64,000 nucleotides of DNA from Owenia fusiformis (lineage: Eukaryota): assembly GCA_903813345.2 (NCBI GenBank), contig CAIIXF020000001.1:27900001-27964000 (forward strand), given 5' to 3'. The notes beneath the pieces are model-generated. The model made no database searches. It saw only the letters and a list, made by a program, of their open reading frames with translations, and was not told where the DNA came from. The position numbers and the translations under genes are program-made. Below, in pieces: positions 10,883 to 25,134 of this stretch (its first letter is position 1; each line of letters begins with the position of its first letter).

Positions 10883-13800
10883 TTTTAAACATTTGAAAAT
10901 GTCTTTACTATTGGAAATCTGTACTCCGCCACATTTTGTCTTATTTACTTATTTACCGTTCTCGTGCCCTGTGTCCCTGTCCCTGAGTATTAATATTTTT
11001 TACATTTTTGAAATGATTTCCAACAGACTTGGGCCAGTGTCATTCTCAGGTATTTTTTCCCTCCATTTCTATTTGTCTTACCTTTTGGCTGCACTGACCC
11101 ATTTCTGTCCAGTTAAAACCAACATATATGCTCTTGAGAACGTCATGTTGTATGGAATGTCATGTATGTTTTTCAAAATATAGTAATAAATATCTGAAGC
11201 TGAATCTGATATACAGTACAACGTGTACCAAAACTGACAATTTTTGAAAGGCTTATAAAAAGATTGCTTTTTAGAAAGGTTTATGAAATTGCCATCATTG
11301 TCATTATTTTGCAACATTGCTCTCGAGGCATCAAATGTTGTCCCCCTCCATCTAATATTAATTTATTTCGATTATTTTTTGTATAACGCATGGAAGCTAA
11401 CTTTAAAAAGTGAGCAATGTCATTAGTATTGTGATAATAACGTCCCTTATACCTATTTATTACTGGTCGTGTAGACCATTGTTGCCCGATTTGTAGCAAA
11501 AACATTGACTTTTGCACTTTGGTGATGATGCGCCTTTTTAATAGATCTCATATCTTAGAAAGGTATTAGTTCCATAAAACTACATATTTTGCAATGCACT
11601 GCGATTATTCATTTGCCAATTCAGTTTTAAATTTTCTCTCGAAAAAATAAATCTTCCAAATTTGTTGAATTTTCCTACAGAAATCGCCTAATCCCCCCCC
11701 CCCCCTCTATCCATTTTGTACGATCACCGGGCGTGTAAAAGGACGACTAGTCCATACGTGTACAACATGTACAAGAATACATGAAACAAATAGTGGTTTT
11801 CTAAGTAAAAATATGACTTCCTATAAATATGTTGAGTTCTCGGGGCTCATGGTACGGCCAGGTCATCATAATTCAGTTTTGTTATTTTTCAATTATCTTT
11901 CAGCTAAAACCATGTATAAGAGAGCTCCACCCAAGGGGTTCACAGCAATGAGGGGGAAACGCAGTACAGAAATAAAGAGTGCAAAAAGAAAGAATAAAAC
12001 GGTGTAGCCACACTACCAATTACGAGGTACGTGACCAGTTGTGTTTGCAATCGTGTCAACAGTACTGATAAAATAACCAACTTATAGAAGTATTTTGTGG
12101 TATTGAAAAACTAGATCGATGGAGAATTATACAAGGAACATGGAATTTAATTTCTTGGCTGCAAGATTTCACGATGGGATGGCCATGATTTCACTAATAG
12201 TTTGCTTAATAATTCTAGATACTATAAGAATGGTAACGGTTAAACCACTTAAATATTATGATCGTAGTCTTACCCAATGTTATCAACGTGAAACGAGAAA
12301 GTGAATACGCACAACTTCACACCAACGCACATCATAGTTATTTGATGTTGAAAAATGAAGAAACTTGGTTGGAAAATTAAAGAAAACTCCGAATTTTAGT
12401 TGTCATTCAGACCAATGGTACAAGAATATTAAAATCATAATGAAAACTTCTTTTCAATAATAAGATAGGCCAACCATATTGGTTTATTTTGAAAGAGGAA
12501 AAAATTATGCAGCCCAAGTCGACACCACAGCGTAACCGGATGACAGCACGATTTACAAGATGCTATAAATTCTAATGAATGCGCATAATAAAATAAAGGT
12601 TGAAATAATGTGACTTTCGCTAATCTGTTCTGTAACTTTTTCAAAAGTCAATTTTTGAAAATGTGAAGTTTTTAAGTCAAGACAAATAATATTTGATTGA
12701 TTAAACTTCGCATGGGGCCTTTAAGATCAGATAGGTCGAATCGAGACAAATATATGGTTTATCACGCATCGTGAAATGTAATTATCCTTTACGATATCTC
12801 CTTATAAGTTAATAAGGGGAATCGCCAATATTTCAGTTATTGGGAAACATCCCGGGAAACATGCCCATGGCCGTGAGCAGTGACGGTAATTACCGGTACC
12901 CACATGCTGGTTCTTTGGCCGTTGTGGGTGTAATGCAGTTAATAAGTGCTTGTTTAACGAGAATGTATATTTTATTACAGGTGGGATGGTGAACCGATTG
13001 AATGACGTCCATTTGAACACCTCGTTAAACCTACCAACCGATCCATATTACAATCGCTGAACAAAACAGGAATGATGCTTTAGCCGATGGGGTACTTCCG
13101 ATATGAGCAGATACAATACATTGACAATCATATGAATCATATGAATTTTTGAAAACTGATATCAAAATATTTCACTTTTCTCCTTTAGATTAAAATGTGA
13201 TTTGTGAGAGAAGCATTCTGTATTAAAAGTGCCATTGTAAAATATGTTTTTATTTTTGGAAAATAGAAACCACAAATTCATTCGAGACAATCCATCAAAT
13301 ACCCATTCCTCATGGATAATAAACAATACAACGGACTTAAATGGTTTTTTGAAATTCGTTTGATCTCCTGCATGTACGTGTATGTTATCCAGTAGTACTA
13401 ATCGGTGGTGTTGTTCAGGGTAAACAAATATGGTTGAACTCACCAGGCAACCACCATGCTGAGGTCCATATACGTGCCATATACCTAAAACAAATGAAAA
13501 TGGTAGCAAAGACTGAAGAGAGTAAAATGCTATTAGCAATCTTGTCATTATTGTCCTTACAAGCCAAACTGACAAAGATTGAGATGCAGAGAAGTCCAAA
13601 TACATGAGAACTGAAAAAGGGTTCCACTTTTTCAATTTTCTCTGCTAGATAGGCTTAAAGCTTGGATTTTCCTGGGCAAAAAATATGGTAAACTTTTGAC
13701 AATTTTTCTCAATTCGTCTAGTCTTATCGTCACTTTAAATGATGTGATAGAAAATTGCCGATTGTACGCTGCATGATATCATACTCTGGAGCTTCATTTC

Positions 13801-15400
13801 TCTTCAGTTTACCTTAAAAAAAACAATGTAAAATAAAAATGAATGTAAAAACCTATGAGCGAGTTTATTCCAATAAAATCCATTAAAAATACAATTCGTA
13901 AACATTAATATCATTGTTATTTTAGTGGATGTGAATACACAAAGGGATATATTTGATACTAGAAAATAAATCCAATCAAAATTACATTTATATATGCTAA
14001 TAAAACTGCGTATATTAATACCCAATAGCCATTATTTTACTTTGAAATAAAGATCTATAAATACGTCGCATCATGGCCGATCATACATTTTCACACGTAA
14101 TTTCTCTGTTCAATTCCTTATTTTATCTCTCGAGGCATTTCTGGAAAAAGAATAATCCTCTTGATAAAGTTCATAAATTTTCCAGGCCTCTACTTTTCCA
14201 GAAATTGGATTTTCCTAGTTTTTAAGAGAATTCCTTGGCAATGGCAACTGTCCTTGCTCTCATTCAAACTGATAAAAAATCAAAAGCCCAACCTTGTAAT
14301 GTTTGTAATTATTCTACAGACTGGTGAGTTTAACAGTATAACAATGTCACCTCTTGTGGTGGTGACATAAAAACAACAGTAGTGACATCTATTACACCAA
14401 AATGTTAAAAGTGAAGTAATGTTGCGTTCCCAAATAGCCGCGTGACGCAATAAAAATGACACCCACCCAAACAATGTTTCATCACTTTTTTGTCTGAAGA
14501 AATTCTAACTTGTTTTTTCGCACATTAAAACTACACTCCATTTTGCAACTCCACAAGAAGTTTCAGATGACTAGTTCACCTACATTGTACGGGTAGATGC
14601 ACATTAATGAGCGTTCCAAAAATGTGTCATCTATTCCTTTGCTGGCACAATTGGAGCTAACACAAAAACGACACCCACCTTTTGGAACATAATTTTGGAA
14701 ATAAGTTATAATGATTTAATCAACGACAACTACATTATTTTGTGTTTAATTGAATGGCATGTCTACTTTAAATGTGCCAGAGGACAAGAACTTAGTCTAT
14801 ATGCTAATAGGCAAACAAGTTATGCAATGTAAGGTGGGTGACATTTTTTGCGTATATACCCTGTATATTGATCCAAATCAAAACTTAGTATCAATAAGTA
14901 CAATTTGAATTACATACATGTAAATGGCCAAAACATTCATGTTAGTCTCAGTCTATACAAATAAAGTCTTGTATACTTTTATAATAATTTACAGGTACTT
15001 TAACCAAGTTCATCTGTCATTTATTGCAAATGTTGTATCGGAATAGGTACTTGAATCTCACTGCAGAAAGTACATTATTCCACTCACATATGAGACAAAA
15101 TCACTGAATATATTACTCCACTTCATGCTTACTTACATTCTTAATTCTAATTTGGGGAATTCTTCATTCTTCCATGAGTTAAATGTTTCTTAATCCAGGT
15201 ATCTGTCCATTTTGCTTCCATATTCACAAAGTGTCACATACCCTGTACACGTAGCCAACAATATATATCGAAATCATGATGTGATATTGTATTTTAAGTA
15301 GACAATACAATTAAATGAAATGTACTTCATGTAGTTATCATTGCTCATAAAACTCTGTTCATTCTGCATATTTGTAATCTTAATAAGGTTTCTGACTTGT

Positions 15401-18400
15401 CTATGCAAAGGCTTTCCCCACTGCTATTGTATGGTCTACACCACAGTGAACTGATGAGACTTCACATGGCACAGCTACCTAAAATAGAACAATAGCAGGT
15501 CTTATCATATAATATATTAAAACAAGATATACAATTATTATACTAGGCATTAACATGCAAAATATCAGCACTTGCCATTTGTTACAGACACCGAGCGCCA
15601 GACACTGGACTCCAACCGCCGTCACAAAAAATGAGACAATAACAATATGTCACCACTTTTGGAGGTGACGCCTACTAAAATCATATGACTTTCATTTCTT
15701 ACACCTTACTATTTAAAGCCCAGATAAACCTTACACTCGAGAAGGAAATGTAGCTAATTGGACCTTAATCTGAAGAGCCCAACTTTAGTAAAACTCAATT
15801 AATAAAAGAGTATAAACTTCGCACAGATCCATTTGTTGTAGAACAATACAAGGCATTAACATGCAAAATGTCACCACCATTTGTTACAGACACAAACCGC
15901 CAATTGCCGATCACCAACCGCAGTCACAAAAACCAGAGACCATAACAATATGTCACCACTTTTTGGTGGTGCCATAAACATGGAAAAATGTATGTATTTT
16001 TCTGTAATTCTCAAAGTCAATATAAAAAAAATATTCGATTTAAATAAAAAATAAATCACCTTCATTGGGAAGAACTGATCTTGTTTGTGGCCAAAGCCAA
16101 GTGCTCCAGCAATGTTCCTACCCCACATATACAGGTCACCTTTGTCTGGAACAAATATACAAAAATATTTTCGTAATCATCATATCCTAATGAAAAATTT
16201 GCACAAGTGGTTAAAATAAGTATTTTTTTAACTCTATCTTTCGTGGCTGTTTTGTCCTGAATAACTTAGTGGTCATGGTTTAAAAGGGTGTAAATATAGA
16301 TGTCATCTTACTTGTTATTGCTGCAAAGTGATTGAGACTACATTGAAGATCCTTCACATGTACATCCTCATTAAACTCATTATTTCCAAATAAGGTCATT
16401 GGAATTTCTGTAGGAGTGCCTGTCTGTTGTAACTTTGGTCCTTTACCCAGAATTCCAAATCCCCACACAAAAACTTTGCCAGATTCTGAAATACAGTAGA
16501 AATATAAAGCTTTTGGAGACATCAATATGTTCCTGTGAGATGTACACTATATTCATATCAACCAATAAAAAAATATCAACCAATGAATAATGGATTTATC
16601 CCATGACAAGTATTTACTAAAATATAAGGGATGATGTCCAACTGATCAATATAACATAACACATCTTTGAATATTATATCAAACAAAATTTACATGTACA
16701 TCACAGTACATGATCTTATAGTAGCCTATTGTGGAGATATTTACCATTAATTAATCCGCACATTGAACCAGTGGCACACACACGCTGTACACGGCCAACA
16801 TGTTTGAAGGGTAGATGGCGTGGAATGTTCACTTGGGTCTTATCAGTTACTGACGATAACTGGTTGTACTCCGAGTTACCCCAGCCAAATATGTCACCCT
16901 TAGCTGGAAGAATTGTGAAGTATATTTTTATTATTTTTATTTTATTTATTCTCTTCTATGCTACAAAATAATCTAATCATGTGATGTACATTTTGGGGGA
17001 ATTTTGAACATTTTCTTTCAACAGATGTTGTCAAGAAATTTTGTTTGAAGTTCTTAGAGGTTTTCAAAAGTACTTTATTTTCTTTATACTTATTGAACAT
17101 TCCAAACTTGTAAAAATACTAAACATATTCAGACAATCTGTATATGTTGCTACCACCATACAGGAGCCTTTAAACATTTAAAATAACTGAAACTTTACTG
17201 TCACTATTCACAGGCTGGTATATAAAAAATTGTCCGCTGTGACGGAGCGTGCTATTTTGCATAGAAACACTAGGAAATCCACACAATTAATTTTTTTACT
17301 CATATGTTTTGCTATATCAAAGAAAATTACTGACTCCATGCAATGAATATATCATTTGCGGGTAACTTTAACTTCTGTTTGAAGTCCAACAACGCTAAGA
17401 GTAAAAGCTATTGAAAACGGCGTCGGAGTATCATACTCCAAAATGTACCATTTCTTTTATTTCTTTTTAATGGTACAATATAGCGACACGATAATATTTA
17501 CATATGTTTTCAGCATTACTCTGAAGGTATTAATGAGATCTTTATGTATTGGGTATTTTTAATTTTTTCAATAAAAAATAATGTTTAAATTTTTTGTCCG
17601 CTGTGACGGAGCAGTTTCAAATCTGAAATACGTTAAGAATTTAGATTTATAATATATCTCTTTATAACTACACGTTAGAGGAGGGAGCGTATCAAATCTC
17701 TTTCGTAAAGTATTCTGAAAAATAAAACGAAATAAAAGTACACAATTCAAATTCTGAGATGCATATACGACCACTCTTTAAGCTTCTTTTCTCAGTTTGT
17801 ACTGTAATCCAAGTTATGCATGGTAACTCATGAAAATGATAGTCAACTCTATTTCAGTATAGGGTATTTGCCTTTCGTTGTGCCTACTGTGGATCCATCA
17901 CCTGACATGGTCATTTTTATGGTAACTTATATACAGTAATATTATGTGGTAAAAGGTTATACATCTGTCGGAATGCAGGATGTCTGTGCGCTATTTCGAA
18001 TAAATTCATATTATCCCTATTTATGTTACGCGGTAAACACGATACAAAAATATGCCATATTCCGCAACGAATATGCCATACTAGTATTCACTTGCGGTGT
18101 ATAACAGATTCACCTGTGGTATATGGCATACACACTAACCAATGAGAACGTGATACGGAAGTATGCAATTGTCAATTGCATCGATTGAACGAACAAGTAA
18201 AACTTTATAAATTATTATAATGATTACTGAATCAACAGTACAGTTTATCGAATACATCAACGTATGCAGAAGTATCACTCACCAATCTCACGTAATAAAC
18301 TTACCCAATCAATCCAGGATTCATATATTAGTACTCGACGCACTGACATTATTGGTAATCCAGCGTAGTTTTACATTCAGAGTCGATTCTCGCAACCAAT

Positions 18401-21400
18401 CAAACCAAGTCTTTCTGTATCACGTTTTTCACCTGCAGAATATGTCATCTTCAACTGCTGTGTATGGTATATTCCGCAAGTGAGTATGACATATTCTGAA
18501 GGTGAGTATCGGGTATTCACTGAATTCAATGCATCACATATTCACTGCGGAATATCGCATACTCACCTGCGGAATATGCCATATACCGCAGGTGAGTATG
18601 GCATATTCACCCGTATCCCAAATACCGCGCAACCATGAATGTATGCCATATTCCGCGTAACAATTTACACTACACGTGACATTCTAAGACATCTTGGCAA
18701 AAACGTATTCTAAATATTATGTTGAGTTTACACCATGTTGATTCATGTTGATTTCAGTACAAACCTCCGAAAAATGCTAAGAGTTTTTATATCTCAGATT
18801 TACATTACCCCAGATCTCCCAGAGGCTACTTGTCATAATTTAGGAAAGTGATTTGTGACGTTCTCTCTTCTTTTAAAAGGTATAATTTGAATCTTAAATT
18901 CTTAACGTAGTTCACAGTTAAAACTGCTCCGTCACAGCGGACAAAAAATGTAAACATTATTTTTTATAAAAAATATTAAAAATACCCAACACATCAAGAT
19001 ATCATTAATACCTTCAGAGTTATGCTGAAAACATATATAAATATTATCGTGTCGCTATATTGTACCATTAGAAAGAAATAAAAGAAATGGTACATTTTGG
19101 AGCATGATACCCCAGCGCCGTTTTCAATAGCTTTTACTCTTAGCGTTGTTGGACTTCAAACAAAAGTTAAAGTTACCCGCAAATGATATACCCATTGCAT
19201 GGAGGAAGAAACTTTCTTTGGTATAGCGAAACATATGAGTAAAAAAATAAATTGTGTGGGTTTCTTAGTGTTTCTATGCAAAATAGCACGCTCCGTCACA
19301 GCGGACAAATTTTTCGATACCAGCCTGTGTAATGGGGCAGTTCCTCACCTGATACTGCTAGTATACAGTCAGCCTTACAGGCAATGTGAACAATCTTTTC
19401 TCCTTCTATATCTCCCTTAACCATGGTAGGGGTGAATTCAGATTGGTATGTCCCAGACCCTAGCTGACCATCTGCATTCAATCCAAAACTATAAACCTGC
19501 CCACCCTCAGTCAGCAACATGGTATGATCCAGACCACAAACAACCTAGAAAGATGTTGATTGATATTTTTCCATGGTTTAAACAATCTATGTGTATTTAA
19601 TTAAATCGAACGATACAGGTATCGGCCAAAAGTGTTCAGAATAATAGTTGAACACATTTGAAACTTGACAAACTAACTGAGGTAACGTCTTAACATTTAA
19701 CCCTAAATATTTCTGCTACATGTATATATTATTTTCATTAATAACTTTGAACATTTCATAGTATTATTTCACATGGTTACCTGCTTTATATTAGAATCTG
19801 GAGTGACAAGTTTATGGACAATTTGATTTCCTCTGTAGACCTCCCCCTCAACTGTAGGTCTCCCACATTGACCATAGGAATTGTTGCCAAGTGTATAGAC
19901 TAAAAATATAAAAATGTCTGTCTTTTTATCATATTAATGTAGACATGTCCTTCAACCATGGGATTTGTTACGTTTGAAACTAACAGAAAGTAAAAACAGC
20001 AATTAAAATATGATAACAATATATTTATACTTTGAAAAACTAAATAATATAACAATAATATAAAGGAGGTTTAATACTTAAGTGATGTCCAATCAATGAT
20101 ATGGCTTATTCTTGTTGTCGATAAATGCTGTTGACGATCCTAGAGAATGTTCCAGATCACGAAATGTTTCAATAATCGTTGATAGTTCTCCAATGTTTGT
20201 AATAATCCAATAATGTTTGTTGTAATCCTATAATGTTCGTATCCAATAATGTTTGATGATAATCCACAAATGTTTATGATAATCCACGAATGTATATGAT
20301 AATCCGTATATTGTGTGTGTTGTAATATATGTCCATATAAAGTCCTCAGGTTGTGTGTTTGTAGAGTTATAAATGTTCCCACAGTAGGTGTCTGTAATAT
20401 TCCGCTTAGAAGATGTCCTTTGATCAACTTTGAAATTCTGCTTTATTTAGTTCCTTTGAGATGTCCAGTTATGATTACTTAATTATCTGCTAATGAGAGC
20501 CACTGTGCTGTTCTTTTTATAATGTGAAAGAATGATCCAGAAACGAATCTTCTGGAACTACATCTTGATTGGACATCTTTAGTGACATGATTAAATTTTA
20601 ATGAATGGTTATAATTTCTAGAACTATCTGGATGGTCAAGGGTTAATGAGTCATTCAGTTCAGTTTTGTTTACAAGATACAGTGTATAATGTCATTGTGA
20701 CCTTGACCAAAGATCTCTAATGAAGAATAGCTCAACACATACAGCAAGCATAGATTACAAATTAAACTATAGGTGAATATAGTAGAATATAATATACATG
20801 TGGCTCACTACTGTAACAGATTCAACCACTGACCATAGGAATTGTTTCCAAGTGTACAAACTGAAATGGTGTGCCTTTTTATCACATTAAAAATCAGACA
20901 TACAAGGGGGGAAAATCCAGTTTGTCTACAACTACCAGATGGTATGTATTCTTATTACTATTCCAAATATTTTGTGAATGATTGATCAAAGATCCATATG
21001 TTACACAACAGAACAGAAAATGAGACAATTTCTGTCTTGTGTAGTCAGTTCATCTTATGCCCAGCTATCTCACCCTAAACCTTAAGTTTACACATATGCA
21101 AACATGATATTGAGGCAATGTGCTTCAAAGTCAAAGATTGTCTTACAATTCAAAGGTTACATTTCAATAACAATGGAAACTGTTTAATATCATGGTCATT
21201 AGAGGTCAATGTCATTCAAAAGGTCAAGAATAATACATTTTGTGAATTAAAATCAAAAGCTCAAGTATGGTACATTTTGTGAATTTTTAATTGGAACATT
21301 GATACTTTCATTGCCTTATTAGGTCATGCAAGGAAAACAGGAGATTTAATTACACTTCAATGGTTCCCCGCCAGTTGATCTTCAATGTGATATTCTTACC

Positions 21401-23578
21401 TCCTTCTTTATCTGTTAGTACAATTGTATGTAGTCTCCCACATGCTACCTGTGTCATTCTAGTGGTAGATGGTTCTATAAGAGGCAACTCAATGGGCACC
21501 GGCTCTATGATTACATCTAAAAGCCTTCCTGTTAAATAATAAATTAAAAACCATGGCTACAATGTATTAATAATGACAAAAACTGTATCAGTACAAAAAT
21601 ATCTAACAATTCATAATATTATGTATCAATTATCACGATCTAATGTCATTATAATTTTAATGGTTATCTCTGGCATGTTTATGCGGACTTCATTATTTGT
21701 CCTTTCAGTATGGTAAATTATTGGTTTATCAAACTTTATTTTGTAATTCTGTCCCCATATGTGAATTTTTCACACCTAATGTCAATTATTATAGAGAAAG
21801 TAAATTATACATCTACATGTAGGTAATTTTGTATACAATGACAACCACATTTGATGAAGGTATGGATCTGTGAGACACCATGACAACTGCCATGTCAGAT
21901 TGCAATGTCCAAAATGGCGGACAAAGATTTGTATATGATTTGATTATCTTCCACTGCATGTTTCATTGCACACAGATTAAATTCCTTTGGTTATGGAACA
22001 TACTGGTCAGTATCAAGATGTGGTAACTGCCGTTATATTTATCCTCTTATATTTATTAAATTCAGAATCCATCATCTTTGATGATATGAAAAAATGGTAT
22101 ATTGTGGCAATTCATAACCACATTTGATCTAAATTAGTATCTATATGATGCAGCATCAAGAGAACTTAATACATACAGAATTAATGCAGATAAGGTCGCA
22201 TAAAATGAGATCCAAGTGATGAAAGATTTAATGCAGCAAAGGAAACAAAGGAATCTGACATTGCTGTTGTCAGGGTTTTCTGGTGTGATTATATGAAGTG
22301 CCAACTGCCAAACAAACAACAAACAAACCTGTATTCTTGGGGTATTCCTGGTATCCAAGCTGTGAGTCGAGATTAACACCACATCCCATCAACAGAGGAC
22401 CATTTGGGCTTTTACCACACAACACTGTATACCCATAGCCAGTACCAACATCTGACAACTAAAACACAACACAATTTTAAACTAAAATAATGCATACTTT
22501 TGTAATTCATGGTTACTGTAGGTAATGGAGCTGTATTTAGTCAATTCTGTAGTGTCGCAAGATACAGTTCATGTACATTAATTACTGTACCTTTATGTCA
22601 TATTTATCAAGGAAAGAGAGTCGTCTAGGCCTGCTGACAGTGTTTACAGTGCTCCTGTTTTTCTCTGGACGATGCAGCTGACGTATACCTAGAGCACCTG
22701 TTGTTGCATTGCCCCAGACATACACACGATCTGTCCTCTGATAGTTCTTTCCCAAATGCTGAAATACCGAATCTTCCTTTTCCTTCTTTCTCTTTTCCCT
22801 CCTTGAATTAAATAAAATTTAAATGAATCATTTTAAGTGCAAACATCTAACTTAACTTTGTCATTGTAAAATATAAGGAACAATGTAACTTATCATTGTA
22901 TTTTGAATTAATGGTTTATAAATTCCTAATGGATGTGTAGTTATGCATGAGGCATGAAGAATTTAGTTTCAAATGTGACAGAATATCACTAATAGGTCAC
23001 GCCAAAAATAATGTACATGTATGTAGTATGTCCAATGTACATATGAGTACATATTGCATTGGCGTGGCCCCCCATGACCAATGAAAATATAACCATAAGA
23101 TAGAGGAAGAAAAGAGATTTAAAATGCTTTTTATTTGAAGCTTCTTCATGTAGCTCAATTTTGAAGGAAGTTACATCAATTTTTGTAAAATTCAAAATAA
23201 ATCTTGATCTTTTTTTGGGTTGCTTATGCCACGATCACACCCCCATGACTGAAAACTGGCTACGCCCCTGTATTGTGAGTGTTAAATTCAGTGTCTCTGT
23301 GATAGCACAGATCAACAGAGTAATTCACAAGTAGAGTATGTTAAGGGTTTACTACACTTTAATAGCAGAGTTCAACAAATGTGGACTAGATTTATAAGAG
23401 AGACTGTTCTGAGAGGGTACACCAAATGCATTCCCATTTGAGATGAGTCATTAAAAATAAAATATAATCTGTACCTGTAGAGGTTTGAAGCATGACGTTG
23501 TCCACATTTGTTACATGAGTTCCCTGTCGTACGAAGTACAGATTGTACTAATGTTGACATCTGCTTTAAGCCAGCCAT
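15401..23578 (-). CDS. RCC1L: RCC1-like G exchanging factor-like protein (RCC1L/WBSCR16), mitochondrial; 10 coding exons, 461 aa
   Basis: Exons 23578-23475, 22801-22591, 22458-22329, 21528-21400, 19899-19781, 19544-19349, 16903-16745, 16485-16312, 16145-16060, 15478-15401. All GT-AG, phases match, total 1386 nt. Motifs DRVYVWG, DSQLG, VACGRLHT, LGNNSYGQCGR, FGWGNSEYNQL, VFVWGFGILGKGP, DQFFP and CGVDHT match RCC1L as I recall it. An acceptor at 23589-23590 implies an upstream non-coding exon. Confidence 0.95.
15544..15978. repeat. Two short copies (15544-15670, 15848-15978) of a HINE/DINE-1-like family; longer copies at 29455-29794 and 34744-35124, fragment at 14340-14372
   Basis: Shared ends AGGCATTAACATGCAAAATGTCACC and a terminal stem-loop ATGTCACCAC(T)nGGTGGTGACAT followed by an A-run. 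Confidence 0.65.
17209..19329. mobile_element. Foldback-type non-autonomous element with ~440-bp TIRs (CACAGGCTGGTAT...ATACCAGCCTGTG) in an RCC1L intron
   Basis: 17209-~17650 is the reverse complement of ~18890-19329. No clean TSD (TATT/TAAT). A solo TIR fragment lies at 37272-37510. Confidence 0.85.
18024..18662. repeat. Internal or nested element with TGTTACGCGG...CCGCGTAACA ends and many subterminal (CACCTGCGG)AATATGCCATAT repeats
   Basis: 10-bp inverted ends, plus repeated GCGGAATATGCCATA-like motifs in both orientations at 18050-18130 and 18430-18655. Confidence 0.5.
20150..20330. repeat. Degenerate minisatellite (ATAATCCAATAATGTTTG-like units)
   Basis: About 8 imperfect units seen directly. 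Confidence 0.6.
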
Positions 23579-25134
23579 ATTTGATTAGCTGTCAATACAC
23601 CAGCCAATCGCTTAACAATATCTAAAAATAAGTGAATACTGTCAGCCCTCAATGAGTCATGTACAGTCTGAGCAATAAACAAATGAGTAGTGGATTTGCT
23701 GAAGTGAGGATTTCTAATGTTAAAAATTAGAGAATTTTCAAGATGCCATACATCAGAGAATGATAGTAAACATAATGTTAAATAAACAAATTTTAGGGGA
23801 CATGTATCATCTAAACAATATTGGAAACCATGGGCTTCCAAACCACCATTGTTTTGAAGTGGGATGGAAAATCCACCCTCATGTATTCAAAATGCACAGT
23901 ACTGTAAATGCTAGCATATCACGCCACTTAAATGTCAGCCTTAAAAACACATTAATCACTCCAGCTATAGCGCTGTGTGAAGAAGGCAGCTGGAAGATAT
24001 GATGAAACTTGGCCATAGTCTAAACCTAAACTCCTGAACTTAAATCCGTATTTTCTCCATGTATGGTCTCTATCTGTCATCAGATTAATTAAGACAATAT
24101 TGAGAAGTTAGTTTCTAGAACAGTGTGATCAATTTTGGTTCATTTCACTGAAGTGGTTATTCTTTAAGCTGCTTCTCAACTGAGCAGGTCATTTAGGATT
24201 GAATTATTTACACAAAGATGGTCACACTTTAGAACAAAAATACTAAAAAGTTTGACAGTGAAATAAAATTTTGTCAATTAGTAAATTTAAGAAAAATTAA
24301 TTTGTCATATGTTCATTCGAAAATAAAGTTCGGCTAAGTTGAATTGACGGAGATACAGATGTTTGAAAACATATGGTATTTATATTTTAAAACTTTGTAA
24401 AGATATAATGTGATCAATATATGTAGGTAAGTTCAATTTCATCACTTTTTAAAAATGTCGGAAGTTTTAGGAAGGTATAGCAACCTTCACATACCTTAGC
24501 AAAAAGTTTTCTCTGCTGATTTCATAAGATGAGAGTGTTATGAACAATTTCTGCAATTTTCATTATTTTTCATAGTCTAATTCTTTAAAAAACAAACAAT
24601 AAAAACATGACTTACAATAAGAAATGAAAGAAATCTATCAGATAGTTTGCCTTGGAGAGCATTTACCCATCATCACATTTTGTCATCTAAATGAGCTTAT
24701 AAAATGTAATTGTACTAAATATTAATACTGAGATGTAGGGAATTAAATTGTCTTTTTATCTATGTAACTTTTAATGTCATTATACTCATAACTGAGAATA
24801 TATTAAGAAAAAACTACTTGATGGTTTAATGTTAAAGCTGAGTTTCAGCAGTTAAGATTTTACTGCTATGAGAGCCAAGTAAACATTAATGTTAAGCCGC
24901 GCTATGTTAAATGCAGGCAATTAATCACCTTTGGTCTGGCATAGCCTGACATTAATGTGGAATAGGAAAACAGGATTGTGAATGCCTTTTCAAATATATC
25001 CGGGTTAAAATTAAATAAACAGAAATCAAAAGCTTTATGGTTAGGCAATGAAAAAATTGTGTTGAAAAACCAGTAAACATCAAATGGAACATCTTCAATT
25101 TTGCAAAGCGGGACAGTGTCGTTTATGACATGTC

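Noticed and set aside
11800-13130. Several exon-like, GC-richer patches with AG/GT borders (e.g. 12836-12885, 12981-13090)
   Set aside because: No consistent open frame or recognisable protein could be assembled.
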